From: Syncephalis fuscata S228
Lineage: Eukaryota > Fungi > Zoopagomycota
DNA length: 64,000 nucleotides
Direction of reading: 5' to 3'
NCBI GenBank assembly: GCA_025786725.1
Contig: JAHLTZ010000029.1
Span: 248,001-312,000 of the forward strand
The position numbers and the translations under genes are program-made. Of the stretch, positions 41,552-55,252 are shown in pieces. Under the pieces are notes generated by a model. That model worked only from the letters and a program-made list of their open reading frames with translations. It ran no database searches and had not been told where the DNA came from. Position 1 is the stretch's first letter, and every line of letters begins with the position of its first letter.

Positions 41552-42143
41552 TTAATGATTGTGCCTGTACTCGCTTAGTTCTTCGTCCAATTTGGCTTTT
41601 TGAGCATTAAACATTTTAATGTTGCTTTCCATGTTTTTAATGTTACTTTCAAGCTGAGCAATATTGGCATTCTCCAGTGAAATGTCACCGTTAAGAGTAC
41701 GAATATGGCTTTCAATAATGCGTGAATAACTAGATTCCTAAATTAATATTGCACATTCATAATGAATAGTTACTACAAATAATTCCAATTTACAGCCAAA
41801 TATTACTTACATTTGTTTTGTTTCCGCCCACTAAAGTGGCATTAAAAGCAGTATACTTTTAGTCATTTAGATATATATTTTAAACCACAACTTACATTTT
41901 ACGGATACTAATTTATCATTTACAGCAAAAACCGATCCAATTAATTACTATCAAAGATATCAAATAAAATTATTGCTTACCACCTATTTATTTCAATTAA
42001 TAAATGTTATGTAGTTAGTATCTGAATATTTATTGTGGCTGTAACATACCACGGCGAATTTGGTTTGGCAAAGCATCTACTAGAGCCGTGCTAGCCATAA
42101 AAGTTGCGATAAAGACGCAAGTAGCAAGGATAGAGATCTTCAT
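41552..42143 (-). CDS. Small secreted coiled-coil protein (104 aa) encoded by a micro-exon gene; exons 42143-42050, 41983-41981, 41907-41896, 41830-41811, 41737-41552
   Basis: Four canonical GT-AG introns of 66, 73, 65 and 73 nt join into one 315-nt ORF: MKISILATCVFIATFMASTALVDALPNQIRR-GG-VSVK-LGGNKTN-ESSYSRIIESHIRTLNGDISLENANIAQLESNIKNMESNIKMFNAQKAKLDEELSEYRHNH*. Confidence 0.8.
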
Positions 42144-42397
42144 GTTGATATCGAGTGAATAAAATAAACAGAGGTTATAAATTGAAGTAGAAAACAAAGT
42201 AGCGGTTTGGAACTTTAATAGATGGCTAAATAGACGGTATTCAAATGTACCAGCGGTGGAGTGCGTTGTTAAATTGTATAGTAGTTACAATTGGCAGTAA
42301 TATCGACAAGTTATATACATGTAGTTTGCTGGACCTATACTTAAATAAATTGACCGCGTGATGCTATCAGTTTTACCATTTGATCTAATAGCTACAT

Positions 42398-42611
42398 CTT
42401 TTTACTAAGTTTTATGCGGCATGATAATATCAGGCGATTCGTGCTTGCATTTCGTATTGACGGATGAGCCGCATGTTTATACTGACGCTTACACTTTAGT
42501 TCAATCGTCATGCTTTTTGACTAGCTTCATGCGGTATGGTAGTATCAGATGATTCGTGCTTGCGCTTGCGTTAACTACGACGATACCTACTAAGCTGATA
42601 CGACTATTACG
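42398..42611. repeat. Diverged tandem duplication, period ~115 bp
   Basis: tttttactaagttttatgcggcatgataatatcaggcgattcgtgcttgc versus tttttgactagcttcatgcggtatggtagtatcagatgattcgtgcttgc. Confidence 0.75.
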
Positions 42612-42771
42612 CAAATCGAACAATAGATGTGTATAAATCTTTTTTATCTTAGTCAATACTTGTGCTAAATGTATTTATTAATACAGCTATACAATATACT
42701 TTTTAACTTTAATATTTTTAATAAATAATATACCATTTGACTAATACAGTTAAACAATATTTATTTGGTAT

Positions 42772-44695
42772 TTATGCCACATATTTCGAAATACAAAGTG
42801 AAGCATTGGTACCGCCAAATCCAAATGAGTTGGAAAGAGCGTGTTTTAACGGTGCTTCAGAAGTAAGCGGTCGACCTTTTAATGGCACATAGTCCAAATC
42901 AAATATTTCAGCTGTTGTTATCTGCGTCTCAGTTGGCTGTTCTGTATTACTACTATTACTACTATTATTAGCAGTAACTGCACTAGGCTGGTGTAAATTG
43001 GCTGTGGGAGGCAATGTATTCTAAGAAAATCAGTGTTAATGTAATGGATTATAAATATAAAATACAGTAGATTACATGATAAACAGATAGAATGGTAAAT
43101 AAGCCTTCGACTGCACCAGCAGCACCCAACAGATGACCAATCGATCCTTTACAAGAAGAGATTGCCAATGGTCGTTCTCGTAAATGATTGGTATCATTCA
43201 GAAGAGCCGATCGTATTGCTCTGTGCTCGCACACATCACCTATGGCCATTGTTAGCTATCTATCGTGCTATTAATAGTCATTTACCTATAGGTGTAGATG
43301 TGGCATGAGCATTAACATATTCAATATCTTGCGGCTTTAAACCGGCTCGTTCAATGGATCGTCGCATAGCTAATGCTGCACCAGAACCATCAGGTGGTGG
43401 TGCAGTCATATGATAGGCATCCCCTAAATGGCGTTCGTTCAAAGTATTTATCATAAACGTTAAAGCCTACCTGATAGACCATAACCGGCAATTTCGGCAT
43501 AAATAGTTGCACCTCTGCTCCGTGCATGTTCCAATTCCTATATCAAAATTAATAGGCAAATAATTGCTTTATCCAGCGCTAATCTACCTCAAGTACAACA
43601 ATACCCGCTCCTTCGCCAATAACAAATCCATCACGGTCGCGGTCAAATGGTCGAGATGCTTCAGCGGGTCGGTCATTAAACCGAGTTGATAAAGATCGTG
43701 CACTAATAGTGTTATAATAAAATTAACATCATTAGTAGCGCTGTAATAATAATAATAACAATAACAATTACCGAGCAAACCCTGCAATAGCCAATGGATG
43801 CATACAAGCTTCAGTTCCTCCAGCGACCATGACATCAGCATCACCAAATTGAATAAATCGAGATGCATCACCAATAGCGTGTGCACCAGTTGTGCAAGCT
43901 GTTGCCACCGCATGATTTGGTCCCTAATTATAATGATGAACACTATAAAATACACTTTTGTAATACTTACTCTAAAGCCGTGTTTAATCGACAATTGTCC
44001 CGAGGCCATGTTAATTAACATACGCGGTGTAAATAAAGGCGAGATTGGTCGAAGGCCCTGATCATTTATACCATTCAGCTGCTTAACATACAATAAAATA
44101 ATACATTATACTTACACGCTTTGCAAAATCACAACTACTATCGTAAATATCTTCAAATCCGCCCATGCCTGATCCAATACAAACGCCCTATGATTTGTAT
44201 TAAATTCATAGTACAGATTCTTTATTATTAATGGTAGTCATTATTCCCAATAACTTACTGTGCGTTCTTTTTGTGCATCAGTAAGATTATTGATCCAATT
44301 GGCACTTGTTAATGCTTCCTGTGCTGCTGCCAATGCATACTGAGTAAATGGAGCCAGTTGACGTAGTTCCTACACATATCATACTTGATAAGTATAACAG
44401 CCAGCCTTTTAGCACTTGCTAACACGCTTACTTTGCCTTCAAACCACTCTTTTGGATCAAACTTTCCTTCTGTATGTGAACCGCGCGGTATAACCGCACC
44501 TACCGTCGATGGTAGACCGTCGAAACGGCCACGTAGATGGGCAGGCGCGTCAGGTCCTACCAACGATACAATACCTGACACACCCGTCAAAAGCCGTGGC
44601 CAAACGTGTCCAATACCAACACCAAGCGGGCAAACAACACCCAGTCCGGTAACAACTACTCGTCGAGTAGTAGCTGTGGCAAGTGCACGCGACAT
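42772..44695 (-). CDS. CEM1: Mitochondrial 3-oxoacyl-ACP synthase (OXSM/FabF-like), multi-exon
   Basis: [58 protein letters not shown] and [11 protein letters not shown]. Confidence 0.95.
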
Positions 44696-44807
44696 ATTAA
44701 TAAGACTTAAAACAAAATGATATCAATTTGAATAGAAACATTTTAATTTTTATTTACTTTTTTCTTATTAGAATTCATATACAACCAACCATAGTCGATA
44801 AGCAGCA

Positions 44808-45343
44808 ATGCAACATCTTTTCACTATGCGTACGCGCTATTACCAGACCCTATTGTCTGGAATGACTAAAAGGCCAGGGCAGTTCTATCAATACTGTCGA
44901 CCAGAAACACGGTCCATAGCAAGGATTCAACGGTTTAGTGTATCGTCTCGTTGGTTAGAAATAGCACACGACGACCCAGCTACTGATAGTGATACCGAAG
45001 GACTATGGACATCTGAGGAACGCGAGAGATATCGTCAAATGAATGAGTGGCAATCTAAATTTACACGCGATAAAATTCCATATCGTAAGTAGAATAATCG
45101 CCATAATAGTAAAAGTTAACAGAATAATTGATTACCATCATGATGATAGGTACATTTGAAATTCATTATATGAGAAGTAGTGGACCAGGTGGTCAGAATG
45201 TTAATAAACGTAGGTATTTATAGAATATTGGCATTAATTACATTTACATTACAACCAATAGTTTCTACAAAGGTTGATATGCGATTTGAATTAAAATTTG
45301 CCAAATGGTTACCTGAAGCAGTACGTGATAAATTGGCCCAACA

Positions 45344-45374
<31 letters not shown>

Positions 45375-45752
45375 TAGATAGGCATTTATAAAACAATTTA
45401 CTTAATATTTATATTTAGGAAGCATCACGTCTAAATAAACATGGTGAATTTGTATTTACATCAGATAGAACACGCTCCCAAAAGATGAACTTGGAAGACT
45501 GTATTGACAAATTATATGATGCCATTATGCAAGCCTCACAAACTCCTAAAGAGCCAGATGCTGACCAACAAGCCAAAGTAAAACGCATGTATGTAGTTTT
45601 CTGTATATAAATATAATTAATACACTTTCTAACATTGGCGTATCTTTTTTTATAAACAAAATAGGAAGGAAGCTGAGAAGCGACGTAGAAAAGAGGATAA
45701 ACAACGCCGTTCTGACAAAAAATCCAGTCGTCGTTCTAAATACGACAATTAA
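44808..45752 (+). CDS. PTH4: Mitochondrial peptidyl-tRNA hydrolase/ribosome rescue factor (ICT1/mL62-like)
   Basis: RSSGPGGQNVNNVSTKV, SDRTRSQKMNLEDC and a basic C-terminus. Confidence 0.9.
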
Positions 45753-45878
45753 CTAATTTATTGGCTGCGATAATAGTAATAATAATATTAATATTAGTGT
45801 TAACATTGTTCTTGTTTTATGATGATTAGTGTTGTCTAGAGACAAGCTGTAGGTGTTTTGTTGTAGATAAATAATGAT

Positions 45879-48800
45879 TTACAAAATACCGTTCGAATAG
45901 TATTGATAAGTGTCATAAAGACGGGTAAATACATTGCCGTAACTACTCATAATTAGCTTATCGACAAATTCCTCAGCTTGTGTTTCATTTAATGCGGTGA
46001 CAGCGATCACGTAGAGCAGGGATAGTTGTTTCACTTGCTAAACAAGGCAACCGAGAATCTAAAAGTAATTATACGAGCTAATTAGCTGGTTAAATTAGTT
46101 TGTTAAAGATTTCTTACCTTTTTGCATCATTTCAATGAGTAAAATTAAATTGCCTACTGCTTTTCTGATAACCAAAAATGCCTTTTTTAATAATATCTTA
46201 AATTCGGCAAACTTTTCTCCACTAACACCACCGAGAATATCAACATACTCTTGGGGCAGTTTAAAGGGTGCCATTTCAAACCCGACTGAACCTGGTGAAT
46301 TGGATAGCATGAATCCAAAATCAATATCTAGATTGTTTATACAATTAATGTTGATATTATTACAAGTTATATTATACTTACGAATAATATGTCCATCTTT
46401 GTCTAGTAGTACATTGCCATTGTGTCTAATAATAATAATAAATATTTAAATAGTTAAATAAATAAAATAACCACTTACCGATCTTTAAGTTGTAAAATAT
46501 AATTAACAACCGAATATCCAGCTAAACTACGCATAAAACAATCTTGAGCACGTCGGAATTCCTCGGTACTTGGATCGCCAAATTCCTATATTGTGTTAAT
46601 TAATAGATTAATAAATATAATATCCACTTACTTGTACAAAATAGTCATAAAGTGTAAATACAAGACCTCGATGATTCAGGTTACGAGCATAGCCTTCTTT
46701 CTTTAGCGAATGAATAGAAACACTGTTTTTAATTGTTTCCATAAGACCAGATCCATTAGAAGTAACTAGAATACGATAGCTAATACACACATATCAATAA
46801 CAACAAAAGTATATATAGCTAGTAACTTACTATTTGACCCAAACGTCAACTTTTGCCTGTTGCCAGATACGTTGCATTTCTCGAATCAATTGTAAAGCAA
46901 ATTGTTCTTGTCGTAAATCATCGCCTGTTTTAACAATGACCGACAATAGACGCCAATTTGGATGATGACCAAAAGGCGATGAAGCACGAATACGTGCTTG
47001 TTTCATTTCCCAACTTTCACGAAGGATAGCAGCTATATTATTGTTACATGGTATTAATTAGTATAATGAGTAGTTGTTACTTATTACTTATTACTTAATA
47101 ATAATAATAATAATACTTACCACTAGGATCATTCTTATCACGTTTAACAACATTCATAAGATCGCGTTCATTTTCAATCATTTCTCCACCGCCACCTTCA
47201 CCGCCTGATCCACTGGTGACGTGATTCATGCCTTCAGTGTTTAGTTTTTGTAAACGTTCCTCTTCTAAAGCCATCATTTCTCGAATAATACGTTCACGGA
47301 TCTCTTCAAGTTTGCCTTTGCCATTGACACTGGCTGTAGCACTTTTAGATGCACCAGCTCGTCGACCTGTACCTTCCCGTTTGCTTTGTTCGGCCAGTTG
47401 GGCCAACATCACGGCAGCAGTACGCATACGCTCTGAAAACTCATCGGTACCACCGGCATTGGATGTACGTCGAGCCAATACTGTGCTAAAGTAATCGCCA
47501 TTAGCATTTGTGCTTGTGTTAAAATCGATATTCGGATCAGTTTCCACTCGAGCTAATGGTCGTTTAAATGAATCACGTCGTGATAATGTAACTGCAGCCG
47601 ATGATTTACCGACTGATCCAAGAGCCACTGGTGCTGTTGCAGCACCTTGTAATGAATGGGATGGTGCAGAATTGGTACGTTGAATAAGTGGCCGTATGCC
47701 ATCAGCAGCTGTATGTGTCTCCTTAATCTCTGTCGAGGAGACATGTCGCTTTTCTAGTTTAACCGGCTGTTGTTGTGGCATATCTGATTCATCGCTTGAG
47801 CCGTCATCGGCCGTTTTAAGTAGTAATTCTGGCTGATAAAAGGGCATTTCATTTTCTTTTGACTGAGCCATTTCTTTAATCTTCTGTGATTTATATAAAG
47901 CACCGCCAAATAGTTCATCTGTATCTTCATCATCTATATCAAGTGATGGTGATCGTTGCCAGGTTGACTCTTCTTCTAAATCGGTGCTTTCCCAACGACC
48001 GAGTTGCTGTGGAGGCTGTTCATCTTCATCTTCATGTTCTTGTTCGAGTACTTCAACAAGTAGCAGGTATGGCACCTAATAGCCAGATTAATTAGCCTAA
48101 CTACTATTAACATCAACAATGATTTACCTTTTCGGCAGAATTCAATACTACACAGTCTTGTAATGCTACTCGAACAACCTGGTGATGGTAAGGACGTTCT
48201 GCTGTTGCCGAACACCATAAAGGAATACAAACATCGGCAGGTAGATTATGGTTTAATAAAGTTAATTCAGCTTGTAATGCACTTTGTCGGGCAGGTCGGG
48301 CAGCGCTGCATAGTCGTTTTGAGATATCCACCAATGCCATCACAAATTGCATTTCAGAATGGAAATAATGAGAAGTCAATAAACGTTCACGTCGTTCTGG
48401 CTCTACGTCAGCAATGCCACTATCGCCTAGTTCACGTATCGAGCTGCTATCATCGGCTAGGCCATGATTTGAGCTATTGCTAGCTGTGGTATTTCTACGA
48501 CGACGGCGATGTCGTGCTTGGGTAGATGGACTAATACGAAATGAATCGGCCGCCTTTTCCATAAAACGACTTAGTGAGAATGCTTTACCACGATGCAATT
48601 CTTCAATAGTAGGTGAGTTTGTAGGAAATACACCAGATAAGCGTTTAAGAAAACGTTGTGAAATAATCGACTCTCTATCGCTTACACTAGCCCGTGGTGA
48701 CATATCGCCTTGATCTGTATTATCATTAAGTGTACTATCTCCACCATTGTCGTTGTCACCTTCGTCGTCGTCGTCGTCGTCGTCTTCCTCTTCGTCATCT

Positions 48801-49664
48801 TCTTCATCGTCAAAGTCAAGCTCGTCAAATTCAACAGAGCCATACATTGTACCTGAACGCGAGCGAGTATCGTCATTTCGGCCATCACCATTGCTGCCTT
48901 TCTCACTTGGTGTAGCACTATTGTTATGTGTATTGTTTACGCTATTATTACTCGCTTTAACAGCTTTTGCATCAGCTGCAGCGGCAATTGCTCGTGCCTT
49001 TTCTGGATCTTTATAGCTACATACTTTACGGCCTTGCACAACAGCCATTTGTCCAGCCGGTGCCAGCATTAACGGTGCCGCCACTGCAGCCATTACACAG
49101 GCAATACCAATGTAGGCTGGCGGAATATTTTCACGTACTCGATTTCGTCGTCGTTGTATTTCCTCCGATTGCTCATCGGCAAATAATATATTACGAACTC
49201 TATGATATACACGACGGCAGATACGATACGATTTACTAAATGGTTTACTGGCCAAATCGGCTCGGTAAGCTTGAAGATACCAAAATGTCTAATAAATGCA
49301 ATCATCATTTGTTAACAACTACATGCATCGTGTTCAATCTACCATACCAGAATAGCAATATGCGTTGATCTTTGGCACTGATCTAGTACAAATGTTTCCA
49401 AGGCCACCGACTCCGTCGGCTGACTAATAAGTAGATGGCTACTCGCGGCTTCTATTAGCGATAAACGCGTAGTAGCCACCATCATACTTACCAAAATTGC
49501 GGCAAAAAGAATTCAATTTCATTGAGCGGGAACTTGCTTAGTTCATTGCAAAGATAGTGCTGGATACCGATGTTGTCCGGATAGTGGAAGAGATACGAGA
49601 CGGCAAGCCAGGAATTAAAGTATTCCGAGTTGAATAAGCGTAGTAAAAGCTGGTGGCTCGACAT
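45879..49664 (-). CDS. PIK1: Phosphatidylinositol 4-kinase beta, multi-exon
   Basis: LLLRLFNSEYF..EIEFFLPQ, VVLNSAEK, IVKTGDDLRQE, LKDRHNGN, DFGFMLSNSPG and YDTYQYYSNGIL*. Confidence 0.94.
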
Positions 49665-50581
49665 GACGTCAACAAAGATGAGCTGTCAACAGGTAGTAGT
49701 AGTCAACAAAAGCCGCAGCACTGATAAAAAAGATACGACCGCGGGCAAGTCCAGCGCGATCCGCGACAAAGTTTATACAGAAGGCAAGTGACGCGCAATA
49801 AGCAGTGGTGGTGGAAATAGGAGCCGTTGAGTTATTGAGTGTGGTAGATAAGAAAGGAAAAATAATACGAGAATGGATACTCCGATACAAACTACAACCG
49901 GTATTCCTACATCAATTAAATGCCTCATAGGATTTAAGTTATAGGCCATTGATTAGTTGCATTGAAGTAAAAAGCATTATTGATAACACCAATAGTATAT
50001 CTATAGATACTAATCAAACTATTTTAATTAACATTATCAAACGACTAACAAACATGTATGAGATAGAAATGGACACGTGGATTGTGGTGTGTAGATTGGT
50101 GAGTCTACAGAGTACAAGGCGCTGATTGGTTCGAAGGCCGTCCTCATCCACGAATAGCCGTTGGACACGATCCGTAACTTGCTAATTGACTGACTTGACT
50201 GACTGACCAGCTCGACTCTCACATTGACTCCTGAGATTAGTACTATAATAATAATAGTAGTTGCTACATGACCATTGTTTATTCATCGGTTAATACACTC
50301 CTTGTTTGTGTGTTTAATAAGCTGCGTTTTTCTCCTTCTTTTCCCAGTTCTGTCTTTTTCTTTACACACTCACTCTTTCTCATTGCTGCACACATCCATC
50401 AACGCACACCTACTTACTGGTTCCATCCGTCCTTTTCTGTTGTTAACAACTAGGCCGTCTTTCGTTTAATCCATCTACTGGTAAGTACTAGTGGTATAGA
50501 GTACAGATGCTTCTCATCTTACTGTAGCCATATACGACTGTATATACCGACTAACTATTGTTCTATTAAAGAAATCTATAG

Positions 50582-51257
<676 letters not shown>

Positions 51258-51636
51258 ATTGCTTTCCTTTCTATGATTGATTGTCATCATTGGATGGTCA
51301 TTAACAAGATTTGTCAAGTACTTACAAACAACAATGTCCTATTTCCTTATTTTCGAATTAATTTCATTCTCGCTTGCTGGTCCATGCTCTGTTTCTACTT
51401 CCTTGCATAATGTTTCTATTGTTGCTTGTACATCAAGCTAATCGAGTTGTTGGTTGAAAAAGTTAAAGGAATTACGTCAAAGTCGTATCAGTAAATAATT
51501 GAATGAATATCAAACTAGCAAGCCATTTATTAATGTATTGTTATTATTGTGTTGTAAATAGTCCATTAGTATTCAAAGATATTTTAATAATTTAGAATTT
51601 TAAATTTACTTTTTCAAGACATTCAAGGTACAAAAT

Positions 51637-52095
51637 CTAACTATTACTATTTGCATCTAATGATGCGTGTGTTGGTAACGTGGCGCGGGAAACATATCGT
51701 GGCAAAGTAGCTGTTGTGGCGTTTGAAGTACCATCTTCAAATGGTAATACTTCAACGGCGACCCGTCCTTTTGGCAATGGATCGGAAGGATGCGGTATTG
51801 GCCGATCTGTGTTTATAGTTGTATCTACCTGTCCATCCGCCGCAGTGGTAGCAGTAGTAGCAGCACTAGTATTCAGTTTAATTAAAGTGATAGGTCCACG
51901 ACCCATGGCACTTTCTCGGCTTATTGCTTGTTCTGTTGTTATCGATAGCGGCTGTTCGTCATCGTTACGCGTTCGTTCAATTGCCGGACAAGGAAATACC
52001 GCAGGTGCTGCTACCGTTGCAACAGCACCAGCACCTAGTAGCCAGAATAAGGAGCCGGTTATTTGATGTCGCTGGGCAGCTGTAAACGAACGCAT
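51637..52095 (-). CDS. Coa2-like cytochrome c oxidase assembly factor with a C-terminal extension
   Basis: MRSFTAAQRHQITGSLF, then one TM, then FPCPA, matching the Coa2 R-x-TM-(L/F)PCPA pattern. Confidence 0.6.
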   Translation of the reverse strand: MRSFTAAQRHQITGSLFWLLGAGAVATVAAPAVFPCPAIERTRNDDEQPLSITTEQAISRESAMGRGPITLIKLNTSAATTATTAADGQVDTTINTDRPIPHPSDPLPKGRVAVEVLPFEDGTSNATTATLPRYVSRATLPTHASLDANSNS

Positions 52096-52624
52096 GATAG
52101 GTGTGGCACGCGATCGATTCGTAATGAATAACAACAACAGCCGCAACAATAGAAAGAAGGGGCGGTCAAGGCTCTACTAGTGATGAATCTCCCTTAATAG
52201 CAAGTGACCAATATTGGAATCTACGCGCGCATACGCACTTCAACCAACGGTATACAGAGTCACGAGTGGTCAAATAAAAGTGGAAAAGGGGAATAATAGT
52301 GAAAAATCGCTCATTACCCTCAGTCAAAGTGAGAAAGAGAGAGCTGAGAGCTGAGTTTAAAAGTAGCCTTGATTGAATTACGATCAAACTAGATCCAAAT
52401 CATTGTAATCATTCAATCCTTTCCTGACACAATTAACCATGCAGAGGCTGATTCTTGTTACACATTCTTAAAGCATTGAAAATGCCTTGGCTTTTCCATG
52501 GTAAGAAGCGGCGAAATAATAATAACAGTGTTAGTAGCAACAGTAACAGTATTTGTTTCCTTTTCTCCAGTCTTTTATTTGATTTACTTTCTTTTTTTAC
52601 ACTTGCATTAGCGTTTAATACAGC

Positions 52625-54324
52625 ATGTCTACTCCAGTCAGCAATTCTATTACTAATGAAAACACCACATCCAATATACGACTTACGCCAAAAGAGTTTT
52701 TTCTAGGTACGTGTCGTTATGAGATGCTTGCACCTGGCTCATCTATTATGAATTCCCACTTCTGATGATTAGAATTGGAACAACGAGCGACCCAACTAGC
52801 CGACCTTCCGCCCAACATTGAAGAAGGTGCAATTAAGGCACTCGACCATCTTATGGACTTTGCCGAGCAGTATGAAGGTAATGGGTTAAATTGTTTAATA
52901 GTTACTTTGTATTTATATGGTTGTATATTTAGATGAATGGTTCGAAAATAAAGAATCACGGGCCTATGTAGCGTATTTAATATTAACATCATCAGCATTT
53001 TACGACGAAAATATTCGTAATAGTACGTGTCAGCTGTTATTTGAAGCAGCGACTGAATTGGATGAAATTAATACGGTAATCTAATAGAATCTATTTATTT
53101 ATATTTATATTTATATTTATATTTATTATATGTTTAACAATCTGTAGGGAAAGTTACCTGCCAAGCGTGTATTATTAGTTAACGAATTACTTTTGGTGAT
53201 TATTCGTTCACGGCATGAAGTACTAGAAATTGATCAATTTGCCGAGCCATTTTCGCTAGATATGCGAATAAAAAAGAACCAGTTGTTTTTAATATCTGCT
53301 TGTTTAACGATGCTTCGATGCGGATGGCAATGTAATTAACATAATAATCATTATAATACCATATATATAATACATATAACTAATTAATACTAATAATAGC
53401 TATACCACGCCTATTAACTGTCATTATCAATTTAATTTATGAATTTTGCCAATTAGATAGGCTTGATGAAGAAGTACTGGGTAAATATTTAATATAGTAT
53501 TATTAGTAATAACAATTAGCTGATTCTATTGATTAGATGCAATCTTGATCAATGGCTTATTAGATATAGTAGACTCAACGTGTTATGACCAAAACGATGA
53601 AATCACTAATGCTGCTATTTATTTGCTAGTAAGTCACGCTAGTTAATTAAAGATTAATATGATAGCCATCTAATAATAACATTATATAATACGTTTACTA
53701 GGTAGCAATTCATCATTTATTTATTAAACGGGACCGAACTCGCCTTGGTATCATATCAGATAATAATATTCTTGCCGAATTGACCCGTCGACCGGAATCA
53801 AGTCGAACATTTGGCGAGTGTTTTGTATTTTTACTAAATCGAGAAGGTAGGCTATACGTAACATCTATATAGCTGTAGTATCTTATTTGACTTGCTAGAT
53901 AATATTACAATGAAGTTAATGTGTTTTGAATTCTTGTGGAGTATTTTCTTATCTCCTCCGCTATCGAATTATTTTTATGATAATGATCGTAATGTACTAG
54001 TAGATATATTAATGCAGAATATTGCTGATCTTGGAGATGGCACAGAAAAGGTAATATATCTACTAGTTATATTGAAAAGAATAATGGCTAATAGGTAGTA
54101 AACAGGTGCGTAGACTATGTCTAGAAACATTAGGTGTCCTTGTATGTTATACAAACTATCGTCATCGACCGCATAAGTTAAGCCAGGTTCGACGATTATT
54201 ACGCGAACTACTGAATACAGGCAATGCCAGTAATGATTTCCACGTACTAGCTCGAAAAGTAATGAATGACTGTACGGAGGCACTAGCCGAAGCAAGCAAG
54301 CAAGATGATTATATTTGCAATTAA
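52625..54324 (+). CDS. LDB17: SPIN90/Ldb17 (NCKIPSD-like) endocytic Arp2/3 activator, multi-exon
   Basis: TFGECFVFLLNRE, YFYDNDRNVLVDILMQNIADL and TNYRHRPHK. The start and early frame are uncertain. Confidence 0.78.
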
Positions 54325-54467
54325 TTATTCTTAATCTTTTATACCTCTATTTGTATTGCCCCTCTTACTGCTATATTTATATTATATTTTATATTTTATA
54401 CTTTATATTTTATATAATTGATTAAACGCATTAGCATAAATAGATAATTATATAATGGGGTTTAGCT

Positions 54468-54863
54468 TCATTCATCGGCATCATCAAATGCTTCCATAGT
54501 CTCTGAGATCAATGTAAGCGACTCGAGAAAACTATTAATGGATACGCGTAGTGTTTTTAGTTCACAGGATATAAATCGACTAAATTCAATGCTTATTAAA
54601 TAGAAATATATTTGAACCAAAACTTACGCTTCCAAAGTGCCCGTTGCTTCGTTAACCGTTAATTCTCGCGTTAGAATTTCTTTACGAGGTTCACGATTAG
54701 GCTCAATAGCCCGTTTGGCAATAATAGCCAATCGTGTATTGGGAAATGGAATACTTAGATTGCTAAGAGAGAAATAAATAGGGCATATATGTATATAGCG
54801 CGTGTGTATTAAGTAACTAATAAGCAGTTTATTTAAACCATCAACTTACATAATATGGTCCAT
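54468..54863 (-). CDS. PCC1: EKC/KEOPS complex subunit Pcc1 (LAGE3); 3 exons
   Basis: Spliced MDHIINLSIPFPNTRLAIIAKRAIEPNREPRKEILTRELTV..LKTLRVSINSFLESLTLISETMEAF. Absent from the ORF track. Confidence 0.88.
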
Positions 54864-54917
54864 AATGAAGGAATAGAACAAGTACAAAAAGTAAGAATGT
54901 AAAAGTAAAACTTACAA

Positions 54918-55025
54918 AGTGAGTAAGTAATGACTGAGTGACTGAGTGATTAATTCATTCATTGATCAAATAAGTGAGTGAGTTAGTGAATGAGTGAATG
55001 AGTGAGTGAGTTAGTGTGAGTGAGT
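54918..55025. repeat. (TGAG/TGAA)n tetranucleotide array in the PCC1-SBA1 divergent intergenic region
   Basis: Directly visible. Confidence 0.75.
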
Positions 55026-55252
55026 TGACGTGTCAATAGTATGGAATTCATTAGAACACAGTAGAACGCGTGTCATCATCATTAATAGAACACATCATCA
55101 TAAACACACACACACACACAACAAAACACATCCAATAGTTTTTCTACAGTGAGTACACTTTTCTGCCTTACGGTTTTCTTTTTCTTTTGTTTAGTACGTC
55201 AATTTCGTAAACACTTATTGAGATCTAACGCTTATTTACATACTTGATCACC

